This document shows, in pieces, positions 43,910 to 55,389 of a stretch of DNA of 64,000 nt. The notes under the pieces are model-generated. The model saw only the letters and a program-made list of their open reading frames with translations, was not told where the DNA came from and searched no databases. The number at the start of each line of letters is the position of its first letter. The stretch's first letter is position 1. The stretch comes from Selaginella moellendorffii (Eukaryota; Plantae; Lycopodiophyta), in NCBI RefSeq assembly GCF_000143415.4, contig NW_003314282.1, positions 1,445,374 through 1,509,373 of the forward strand, written 5' to 3'. The position numbers and the translations under genes are program-made.

Positions 43910-45785
43910 CATAATTCATTACTAAAATATTACTTATTCATCTACACACAAAGTTATCTTGCACAACCCTCCTGCATTTATAAGCATCTCAAGTTGAAAA
44001 TCCAGCCTTTGAGAGCCATTCCAACTTTTCAGGAAGGAATCAATCCCATGAAAAAACCATTTTTTGAAAAATAGTTGAAACAGAAAGTGGATTGATAGTA
44101 CCATAATAGAGATAAATTTGAAGCAGCATATCACTCGTTCTCCACGTGTTCGAATCCTTTATGTACCAATCGACATTCTTATAAACTTCTGTCACTCAGT
44201 GGATGTAGAGTTTGCTTAAAAACCACATTAAATCCTTGACACTTGCGACAGTTATATTTAAAAGTTTAAAACCTGGACTGTTTAAAGTAATATTTTTTAA
44301 TATGATATTTTGAGGTATATAGTGCTAAGAAAAGTTTATATCTTCAAAAGTACTCTTAATAGATAATAAAAATCTCAATCCTTTATAAATAGTATGGCTT
44401 TTAATTATTCTATTTGTATTTCTACTTGATATGCAACTTAGATAATTTCCCATAAATCTTTGAGATTATAAATTTCCATATCAGTATCAGTTATGCTTCC
44501 TTTATCTCCAAATTCATATGATGCACTCTCAATTTTAAAATGAATTTAAACAAAATTAACATACAAATAGTTGGTAATTTATAGTTATAATATGTTTTTT
44601 AATGATAATTTGTTTCTAGAAGTTCAAAATTTTGCACATTATTAATACAGTGTATATATATGTGCTTGTTATGCTTGTATATATTAGTTTGCACCCTCAA
44701 TTCATCCATTAGTGATATATATAGAATTGTTAAATGTTTATATGATCAAGCTTACAAAGAAATGGTTAACTTGGAATCTAATCCAACCAAGGAAGGATAT
44801 GATTGGATAAACACTAGAGAGTAGCTAATTTTTAATTTTAATTTAGATATAAGTCTATGCATAGCATGTATTAAATTCAAATTTCATCAGCAGAGCTTTG
44901 GGGTTTGATTCTAGTAGTTAATACTCTTTAGTAAATATAGAGAGCTGACAAATGTATAACAACACCATTTAATATTTTTACCCTCTATATGAGATTTTTG
45001 GCATTTACACATCAAAATCTTTTATAAAAGTTGTTATGAGATTAGAGTGTATAACCACACCCTAGAAAACCAAATTATAGCATAATATCTAACCATTTAT
45101 TTATATATAAGAGAGGAGTGAAAGGTAGATCAAGTGCAAAGTCAAGAGCATATATAGATAACAATACTCTTATTGAAGTGATATGACATGGGTGCCAAAA
45201 AGCCCCAAAAAAATATTAAATGTATGCTCTAATTTCCAATATAAGTGGTTATTTAGAGCATAATTTTAGATATAGCATACTAGTTTTTGTATAACTAGCC
45301 ATTATGTGAATAATCAGTAGCATGTTAATCAACACCTAGTATGTCATTACATTCTAGGTTAATGTTATGTGGCTACTAACAATGACTGTGTAGAAATAGT
45401 GGAATGGAGAATGAAATTTTAGTGTTCATTATTCTATTAGAACCCCTTCATGCTAAAAGAGAAGAATCATGAAATGAAACAGATAACTTAGAGATTCTTG
45501 TGGAGTTTTGCTTTTTAAATTAGAGATTATGTTCAAGTGCATCCTGAAAAAGAGTGTCACAAGATCGTGAAAACTTTAGTGAAATCAAATGGGATGATCA
45601 AAGATTAGATGACAAAAACAAGTATGTAAAAGTGTTGAGAGAGTCATAATAAATTATTTGACCCTTGGTAAATTTTCAAATTTGGACGACTTCAAAATTT
45701 AAATTATATTAAAATAAATTAACATAGAAAAAAATTAGTAAAAGGTTTATCTATATTTTATATATAGAAAAACCTATTCAACTGT

Positions 45786-47291
45786 TTAACACACACTACA
45801 AGGAATTAAAGGTAGCCGTTGCTTAGAAGGGCTATGCCACGGCAGATTAGAATCTAAGCTCATTGCTTGCACCCCTTGTAGTGGAACTGGCTTGAACTTC
45901 AGCAATTTTGCATAGCGTTGGAGTAGAAGTAGCATATACTCATAAACATAGTCCATTGTCAGTTGTTCTTGCAAGAAATTCTGTGCACATCTTCCCAGTG
46001 ATAAAGCCTGTAAAGAAAAGTTGAATTAAACAATTTCCTTCCACTAATTATGTCCTTACTTTGTGTGGAAAAGTGTTTCCCCATTCTACCGCTTCCTGAA
46101 TTGATTGACATATTTTGGTTTTCCTTACTGGGATGAAGTGGAGGTATGGGATCAGTGATCTAGAATAAAATTCTAAATACTGAGGATTGATTTGAAGCAT
46201 TGTTGATCCACAAGACATCACATACTTCAGACTCACGGACCAGCCAATTCCTTCAACATAAACTTTGTACCTGCAAAAAGAATATTAATTCATTCCACTG
46301 AAAGATAAAACTCCAGCACTACCTATATGAGCATTGCTTGGATAGATCAGAAGAGCTGAAATTATTTTTAATTTCGTCATCCCAGTTCTAGCAATACCAA
46401 GAATTAGAAAAATTGTATGAAACAGATCATAAAAAAATCACCTGATGATACACAAGAATGCTTGTGGAAGAATTGCATTGCACCAGCATTGGCCGAATTT
46501 TTCCCATCCAAGTATTTCCTTTCCACTGCGCAATTGGCTCCCTTTGGAGCCACTTAATCTTTTCAGCTCCAGAAAAGATCTTCTCCCTCTCCACAGTCCA
46601 GGGAGCAATATTCACCTCTGGCCTAAATGATACTATTAAAAATATAGCTTCTAAAAAGAATAAAAAAATTTACCAGCCCCAGAAAGACCAATCTGGAAAA
46701 ACAATATCGTAGTGCTCGTCCCGCGTAGTGCAGTAAGAGAAAAGAGGAGGCGGTGGCCAGACCGAATTGCTTGAGTAGTTCTTCCGCAAAACTTGTGGGC
46801 GATCTCCACACATAAACATGAGCTCCAAGTCTGGAACTTGTCCCGGGAATTCCTCGAGAAGCATACGAATCCCCCACAGCGTGTACTGTGCCCGGGTCTG
46901 GTAGCAATACCTATATCGCTCCATGTATAGCTTGCCATCGACGATCACCACACGAAAGTCCGCCTTGGACTTGGCTTCTTGCAAATCCCCCTGTGAGATC
47001 CCTGTGTTCTTCCAGGGAGAGAGGTCGCGCTCGATCCACTTGAAGTAATCCGGGCATTTGCCTTGGGCTTGAGCCGAGAAGTTGCAATTGTGGAGCTCCT
47101 CTAACGTGGAATTGACGGAATTGAGCTGAAATTGCTAAGAAACCTCAGTGAGTTAGAAATTCTGGATAGTACTCTCTCTCTCTCTGTCTCTCACTCTCTC
47201 ACACCTGAGGAACTTCCAAGGGGAGCTTGATGACCAGCAAGAGAATGACGATTCCAAGGCTTGTGACGATGATCTTGTTCTTGAGAGTCAT
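45786..47291 (-). CDS. Glycosyltransferase family 90 (DUF821/KDELC, O-glucosyltransferase Rumi-like), ~6 exons
   Basis: N-terminal TM segment, CPDYFKWIERDLSPW..TGI, FRVVIVDGKLY.E.Y..CYQTR..YTLWGI..LL..FPG.VPDLELMF.CGD.P, PPPLFSYC, DIVFPDWSFWGW, YKVYVEG.GWSVSLKY..SCGS, and M.YVY.YM..LL..YAKLLKFKP. Confidence 0.92.
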
Positions 47292-48949
47292 GTTTTGGAG
47301 AAGTGAAAAGGCTCTGCCTTTGCGGCCAAACAAGGAGTCGTGAGCTTGTTGTAGTTCTAGAGTGCCTGGTGCTTGGACAGCACTATGGTAGGGACCAGGA
47401 GGTTGAAAGAAAAATTTGATCATGTCAATGTCAGGACATTGTCACAAGGTTTATATTTCACAAGAAGATATTCTGGAAACCACCTCCAGAAGTCAACAAG
47501 TTTCTTTAAAGTATTAAACTCTCAGAAGTATCAAAGATTTCTTTCAAGGATCTGCGGAAGCAAAGTAATAATCCTTTCATGTTGTTTCTTTGCAAGAAAT
47601 TATCAGAACCTTGTTTGTAATTACTAATGATTCAAAAAGCGATCAGTGGAGCTTGTTGGGATGAATGATGATATGATGTGATCTGGAATAAAGTTCTTTG
47701 CACTTGGAATCATTTAGTCACGACACCGCCAAAAACTTTGTTCCTAAATCTGTACCAAGGATAAGTAAATTCTAGAGTAGCTTTAGAAAAGGGAAGGAAA
47801 AAAATGGAAAAAAAAAAAAAACTATACCTCATGGTTGTAAATACTCTCTACCAGAAAGAAAAATGTTAGAACTCATCTTGGACTTTTTGCATAAAGATTC
47901 TCGTGACTTGTCCTAGCAAGCTACAAAATGTGTCATGCAAGAAATAACGCGTGATCGGAAAACTTGCCTGTTTTCCTGTCACCCTTTTGTTCAAAAATGA
48001 ATGACAGAAACACAAAAGAAGGGTCATTAGCGCCCAGCTGGAGGCACGAGACCACAAATTGGTTCTTCTAAGGAGGACCATACCTTATGCCTGGAAACGT
48101 CACAGTTTTCATGCCAGTGCTGCTGTCCAGAAATTAACGCAAATAATCATTGAAACAGCGAGAAAGGAAAAGAGACATGACTTACAACAAGCGTTTTGCC
48201 TATTTCACCTGGTCTGGGAGACGAGAACTTATTAAGAAGCTGATCTCCCAGACTCGGAACGAAGAACTTGCTTCGCTATGGTGGCTCCTCGACTGGCATC
48301 CCCATGATTGTTACACGCCGAGAGCAAACACTTCCAAGCAACTTCATCCAGCTTGCCTCGGCCTCGTAAAGCAACCCCGCCCATCCCAAGGGATCCAGAG
48401 CACACCTGCGGTGCTCCGGAACTGGCCGAAGTTAGTAATGTGTGGATATATATCTATGCTCGAACATACTGGAGCATCGAGCTAAGTGTTCCAAGCTTTG
48501 CAGTGCAGCCCAACGTGAGAACAAGTCTGGAGGATGCACGTATAGCTTACTTGATCGATCCGCCTCGAGGATTTTCTCTCCGTGGCATCTCATTCTGCTT
48601 GGAGCACGCCGCTAGCATCGAAAGCACCGACTCGGATCCCCTCGAAAAACTCCCCTCTTTGGGCATATGCTGTTGTCGTCGTGTTCCAAAACAAAACAGT
48701 CCTGTTCTTCATCCTGTGAAAAGCTTCTCTGGGTCCATCTTATACGTGTGCCACCAATGGCAACGATCGCCTTGGAATCGAAACCACAAACGAGGATCCT
48801 CTCGTGGGGAGCTTATAGTTTTCAATCCTACTCGAAGCGATCGAATGCTCCTTTGCCAAGAAATCGTGGGAGGCATGATTGATGAGTGCAGTTCTTGGAC
48901 AGCCAATGCCGAGCCTTGGGGAACGACATCGACTGCTCCTCACACAACG

Positions 48950-50030
48950 CGAGCCTCGATCCAGGCATCCGCGACCCTGCAATGCACAAGGCATGGCGCG
49001 GGTCCGAGACTCTGGGCAGGATTCGGGCACGCTGCTCGGGAATATCATCTTGAAGATGTATGGCAGGTACCGGAGCGCGCCGCTGGCCTTTGATCACATC
49101 ACCGCCAAGAACGTTTTCAGCTGAACGATGATGATCTCCGCATATGCCCAGAATGGGCATCCTTGGGAGGCTCTCCAGATCTTTCATGGAATGGAGGGGG
49201 CTTTCGCCGATGAGTTCGTCTCTGGTGCGTGCTGCAAGGTGGGCGCTCTCGGACAGGGGCGGGCGATACCCCAGCGCATGGATTGCATTGCGATGTGGTG
49301 ATCCAGAACACTCGTGAGCATGTACGTAAAATCTGGCTCTTTGGGCGAAGCTTGTGAGGTGTTTTCATTCCATGGCTGTGAGAGATGTGATCTCCTGGAA
49401 CTCAATGCTACCAGCATTTGCCAAGAAAGGGCATTTCGAAAATGGTATAGAGCTGTTTGGGAAGATCGACGTTGAGCCTGGCCTCACCCCCTTTGTAATA
49501 TTCTGGGATTGTGCTGTTCTTCTTTCGGCCATACTGGTTTTTTTTCTTGCACAGCCGAACTAGACATCCGCAGATCATTTCCCGGTAGCTCGATTCCGAC
49601 TTGGTTCTCAGAACGCGCGTATGCAAAGAGCACTACAGAAGCTAGAGATGGTTTCAACAGGGCGAGCAGCAGAGATCATGTCATCTGGAATGCTACGATT
49701 GCAGCAAATTCCCACGCCAGTGATTTTCTTGAAGCTTTTAAGCTCCTGAGAAGGATGGAACTTGATGGAGTCAGACGTTTTCCACCATTCTCCCCGCTTG
49801 TGCGAGCTCCTCTGGCCTCCGGTTTGGGAAGGAGATTCTTTCTCAATCGCTCCAGTGTGGTACAAGCGACCAAGTCGTGCAAACAGCAGCATTTAACATG
49901 TATGCAAAAGGTGGCAGCCTTGAAGAAGCTAGAGCTTTGTTTCAGGAGATGGAGACACAGTGTCTTGGAGTGCCATGATTTTTGCCCATGCCCAGTTTGG
50001 GCATAGCTGGGAAGCTCTCCAGCTCTACAG
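48950..50030 (+). pseudogene. Fragmented PLS-PPR pseudogene
   Basis: Out-of-frame pieces TLLGNIILKMYGR..KNVFS*TMMISAYAQNGH, QNTLVSMYVKSGSL.EA, RDVISWNSML.AFAKKGH and RDHVIWNATIAA..MELDGV, with stops and frameshifts. Confidence 0.85.
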
Positions 50031-51066
50031 AGGGGGAGCCTAGCTGGATAGTGAGGATTTCCCTTTTAAGGGTTTTTCATGTTTAATATTCGAATTTATT
50101 TGGAATATGTGATGATAAATATAATGCATATTTTAGAATTTAGTAACATTAAAAGCCCTAAATATGAAATTAATTCAAACTTTGACCATCTTGTGAGCTA
50201 GAGGCTATGAATGTTTTCTTGGGTTTTCTAAATATGACTAAATCCCCATTGGCAGATTTGATTTTGTTTTTCCAATGTTTAAGGATGACTCACAGCTTTA
50301 CACAGCACATTTTTAGTGTTTAGGGTTTCTTTGTTCTAGTTATGGCTTCTTCTTCGCCAGTGGGCTTGGTGAGCCCCACCATTTCCAGAATGGTCCCCTT
50401 CCTCTTTGTCATGGCCCCCCCTCTCTGCATGGATTGGATTTGCCACCTTCGAGTTCTTCAATTTCAAAAGGTACTTCTTTATGTGCACCTCTAAATCATT
50501 TGTCCAAAGACAGGATGATGTCTTCAAAGACCAAGACGAAAACAGTTCGGTTTTGGTCAGCACCGAACTGAAAAACAAAGCCTTTTTCTCCAAAGACTTC
50601 GTCTCCAAAAGCTTTGTCTTCAAAGCCTTTGTCTTCCGATGCCAAAATTTTGTTTCCCAAGATCAAGCAATTCATCTACAAAGCAAGGCTGTCTTGTTGT
50701 GTGATAAACACTTTTGGTACTAAATGCGTAGAGTGTGATTATCTTCCAACATATATAATTTTGAGCTCAAACTCTGAGGAAGAGAAAGGACAAGAACGTC
50801 CAAGGAAGACAAGGGCAGCTGAAGAATTTATCACATCTTATATCAACTACTATTATGAAGATGATGCGGAAGAAGATGAAGATGAAGAGCTAGTTTAATA
50901 TATGAGTGGATTATATAGTGTGGGTCAGCTTTATCCAGTTTCATTTATAGTGTGGGTTTGCTTTCATTTAATATAAGTACTTCCTAATGTTTTCTTTATA
51001 GTATAGATATTTTTTTAAAAAATTATTACTTTATATTAGTCAAAAGATATACATACATTATTTTAA

Positions 51067-53230
51067 TCAGAGTCCTAATGGATTTTCCTCTACCAATTTA
51101 AGGTTGAAAACCTGTTCCTTGTTGTATGTCTTTATCACTTTCTTCCCCTTTGGTTGTAGCATTGAAGTTTCTTTCTCTTCCAACCATCTTTTTTTAATAT
51201 AGTTTGCAACTTCTTGATCTTGTTCTAATGATAGTATATGATGGCCATTATTGGCAACTGTGGTGCTTCTTGTGCCACTGAAAAAGTTTAAAACAACCCC
51301 TTTTTCATGTGTTGTGCAGCATATGAGAAAGCCAAAGGTTGGATTTATCTCTAACCTTCTAACCATGTTGGTGTCGTTGTTGTACAGTGGCTCCATATTT
51401 TCCTAAATAAATTCAAAGCCTTCGTCATGGAGGTGGTAGAAGGCTGCTATGGCAAATCTTGGAGATGAGGCCTTTGGTCTTGCCAAAGACATTTTCATCA
51501 TTGATTTTTGCAATGATTTATGTTAATATCGAGAGAATTTAACCTTTGTTTTGCCAAGTCTGTCGATTATGTAGCCAAATGGAAAGTCACTTAGAATTGT
51601 GTATGATTGATGGATTTTCACACATCGCCAGTGACACTCTTTGTAGACCATTGGCAGTCAATCCTCTATATAAAAGATTGCAATTCATCCATTGTCATCC
51701 ACAATCTTCTTTGCCATAGTTACTAAGTGGTTGATGAGGTCATTCATGCAAACTTCCCAACCCTCTATCTTTCCTTTCTCATTAGAGTAGTTATAAGGTA
51801 GCACACATAGTACAAGGTGCACTCTATAATTATGGAGGTTATTCTTCTTTGTAAATTTAATTCCTATCATCTTGAGAACTCCTTCATTGCTTTCTATTTT
51901 GTGTTGAGTTTTCTCAATGTCACTATCTTGAGGAGCCCACTAATACCATTCCTCTTTCATGTTAAAATGACAATCTGTATTGGATTGCCTAGTCCTTCCT
52001 TTTTCTACTTCTTCTTTGGTGTGGTTTTGTTTAGTAGTAGTATAAAAAGTACTTGTGAACATTCTCAAGGCTTGATGGTGTGTAATCCTCTAAAAGAGAC
52101 AATTTGGAAATGCCTTTTTTACCTTATTTTATGCAAGCTCCAAAAACTTGGTGATCTAATGTTACCTTTCACACCAAAGACAAAAGTTATTATCATCCTT
52201 TGACACTCAATTCTTCTATTGGTTTGGCTGCTCCAAGAGGTCCACCACCCATTAGTCATGTGCCTCTTAAGGGAAATCTACCTTTGCCAAGTGATAGAGT
52301 TTTTCTATATGAAATCCTATGTTTCTCAAGTTAAAAGTAGTCACCATCTTTGTTTAGTTCCTCCTAAGGCACGCTTCATCCAATGTGTAATACCGATTAC
52401 AGACTTTCTAGGTGGCTAGCTTTTTCACTTCTTTAATAGATATGTTCTTTATCTTCTCCATGGCTTTGATAATGATGTCATTTCAATCTTGTTCTTCATA
52501 GAGAAAACATAAAATAAAATAGAATAAATCCCATAACAAATAGATATTAAAACCACATACCAGGAAAAGGATTTTGGCGATAAACCAATGAGTGAAAAAG
52601 TACTAAATATTTCTCTTTTTGCCCTTCACGTCATATTGTTGATCATGATTGATCATCAAGCCTTCCTTCTATGATATCTTTATTATCATAGTAGAATTGA
52701 TAAATGCTATAAAGAGTGTTGTGGAAGCCATTTATTCAAATGCCATATTCATTGATGTTGCAAAGAGATTCATGAAAACACCATTCAAAACTGAGTAATA
52801 TAAAATGATTTACTTATTCATATGATGGATGGTTTGATATAACTATAGTACATCCTTGTTTTTCCACTTGGACATGTTTCTCCTTGTCAAAAGGAAAAAA
52901 AAACCATTAATCACAGTAGCCCAAGCCTTCAAAAATCTTTTTCCCATTGCACACAAGGAATATAATTCCTCTAAGCCAGCTCTAATTTTGATTTTGATCC
53001 AACTCCCTTTCAAACTCATTGTTCTAATCCACCCAGCATTGATCCCACTTGGCCTTGATTTCTTTTGTCACATAAGTAATTCTCTGCAATTAATTCATGA
53101 TGGAAAGGATGAACTTGCCTTTCTCATAGAAATATCCCTAAAAACAGAAAATGTCAATCATCTTCTCATTTAGAGTAGAAACTTTTCACACAGCCTCGTT
53201 AAGCAAAGGATTGATGGTGTGAGACACAAA
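51067..53230 (-). pseudogene. Decayed ParB-like + beta-class N6-adenine/N4-cytosine DNA methyltransferase gene; 5' part may extend to ~55200 across an insertion
   Basis: One frame 51870-51067 with four in-frame stops: VHLVLCVLPYN (motif IV, cf. DLILxDL/PPYN), AKKIVDDNG*IAIF (cf. RVLKxxGSIxIF), LICCTTHEKGVVLNFFSGTRSTTVA..GHHILSLEQDQE...IKKRW (motif I, cf. VLDxFxGxGTT..GRxxIGxE). Upstream GYFYEKGKFILS..KWD..W...NNEFERELD....WLRGIIFLVCNG(fs)..KAW..VI resembles the ParB/Srx FxVxDGNHRxxAW motif. Confidence 0.75.
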
Positions 53231-53284
53231 TCTCTAAACCCCAAAGTGGAGCCAAGAGGGTGCCATATGGTAATGGTTAAAATA

Positions 53285-54525
53285 GAAGCCAAATGAGTAT
53301 AACATGTTTGGATTAAAAGTTTCAACTTGAAAAGTTAAAAGTGGGAGTGGAACTCCCAACAAAGTGCTTAAGGAACAAGCATGAAACAATCAATAAATGA
53401 GCCTCTAAAAAAGGGATACAAGAGAATTAACACATAGAGCTTGAGGTCGAGTTTGAGATGGAAACTGAGTCTGAGCTTGAGGCCAAGACTGAGACTATGA
53501 CCGAGACTAAGACCGAGACTGAGACTAAGATGGAGACCAAGTCTAAGTCTAAGTCTGAAACTAAGTCTGAGTCCAAGGGTGAAAACCCAAAGCAATCATC
53601 TCATAGACTATAGAGGGATTTGGTGAGTTAAAAGGATAGTAAAGGGAGGACTCTAGTAGAACTAATTTGGCTAAGAAAGGCTAGTATGATTAAAAAAGGT
53701 TATACCCATATAATGGGTGATAATATAACCACTAAGGAATCCAAGATTAGAGTGAACATAAATGAACAAGTAGGGAAACTTAATAAAGTGTTTAAAAATT
53801 AGCTTGAACTCCCCTAGGAGATCAAATGGTCAATGCTTTCAATCCAAATGTAAATGGCACTACCTATTTAGATACCTAGCATGGCTTATTAGAACCTTAC
53901 TCTAGCCACATAACTAGGGCACTCAAAGGTGGAAGGTGAAGAGAGTACTCATGAGGCTCATGTAGAGTCATGGTGTTTCAAAATGTTATTCCAAAGTCCT
54001 AGAGTGTGGAAAGGAAAAGGAATAATCCTCTTGTACAGTGACTAAGGGCATGGTTATGTAGTGAGGAAGTCCCAAAGGTCAATAGGACTTAGTGGTTTGG
54101 CTTTTGGGCCCTAACTCAGTGGCAATGTTGGTGAGCACTACCATAAACAGAATGGAACTTGGTGGGGAGCGATTGAGGGATATTAGAAAAAGGTGTTCTC
54201 TTTGTCTCTAGGCATCCGAAGGGTGCTAAGGTGTGATCAAGGGATGACCACTCATGGATGGATAGCCTAGTCTTTGGGAGATAGGCCTATGGTATGAGTG
54301 GTTTTAGACTACCAATGAAACAAAGGTGAATGAATATGACTTTGTAACGGGCTAATATGTTAATGGTACCTTTGGGTGTCTATAGTGGGATTAAACATGT
54401 GAAGCACTTGAACCAAGTGTAAAGGCTGAGTGGCATAGATGCCATTCATGGGGCTAACATGTCCCTAAGTTGGGAATAAGATTTATAGAGGTTGTGAATG
54501 ATACTCCTCCAAGTGGTTGAAGGTG
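53285..54525. mobile_element. ~1.24-kb nested insertion flanked by an 11-bp direct repeat (putative target-site duplication)
   Basis: TGGTTAAAATA occurs at 53274-53284 and 54526-54536. The interior carries a hexamer-period tandem array and no intact long ORF. Confidence 0.5.
53436..53580. repeat. Degenerate 6-bp-period tandem repeat (ACTGAG/ACTAAG/TCTAAG/ACCGAG)
   Basis: ..actgagtctgagcttgaggccaagactgagactatgaccgagactaagaccgagactgagactaagatggagaccaagtctaagtctaagtctgaaactaagtctgag.. Confidence 0.75.
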
Positions 54526-55389
54526 TGGTTAAAATATAATAGAAAATTTAGTTGCTTAAATAAAAGAGGTTTGCTATTGTGATGAATCTTGATTTTCTTC
54601 ATTACATTAAAAAACTTTCCTCACAAAGCATCTCTACAAAAACGAATCATCAACTAAAGGAGTCATAGCTTTTTTAGCAATTGAGCCACTCTTCACGCTA
54701 CTTATCTTTGTCTTCCCTACATCTTCTCCATCTATTGACTTAGGAAGAATGTCCTTGGATGCTACAACAATCAATGAAAAGGGTAAAGCAGATGAAGAGG
54801 GCAGCGCTAAAGAAGAGGGTAAAGAGGGCAATGCAAATAAAGAAGGCATAACAAACAATGAAAGGTGATGGAAGATGAGAATTATGAGGATGCAAAGATG
54901 AAGGTAGAGGAGATTGCTAAGAAGGCGATAGAAGAGAAGAATGATATGAAGTCAAATGAGGAGTAAAAGAATGAGATGGCAATAAAGGAGGAGGTGGGCG
55001 AGAAGGTGATTGAGCAGAACAAATGTTTCCCTCACCAATACCCTCCCTCTATTCTTGTAACATCTTCCTTGCACACTTCTTCCTAGCATTTTTGCATCTT
55101 TCTATATTGGGTGAGAAAACAAAACTCCTTATCTTGTGAGGAACCATTGAGTGCAAGAGAACTCTAAGTGCCTTACCCTTTCTGGCCACCTCCTAAACCT
55201 AAATCATGCCACTAATCAAGGGATATTAGATTGGTAGGAAGAATCCTGGCCACTCATTCAAATTGATGCTCAATACATTAATTATAACTACGATAGTAAA
55301 ACTGTCATCGGTTTAAAATAAATAATTATGATAATTCAGCACCAATATGCAAAAAAAGTGGCACTTTCAGTGGAATAATTCCTATATTA

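Noticed and set aside
51570-51605. TILSDFPFGY as the MTase catalytic motif IV
   Set aside because: The upstream VHLVLCVLPYN, followed by the KKIVDDNG*IAIF segment, fits motif IV position and spacing better.
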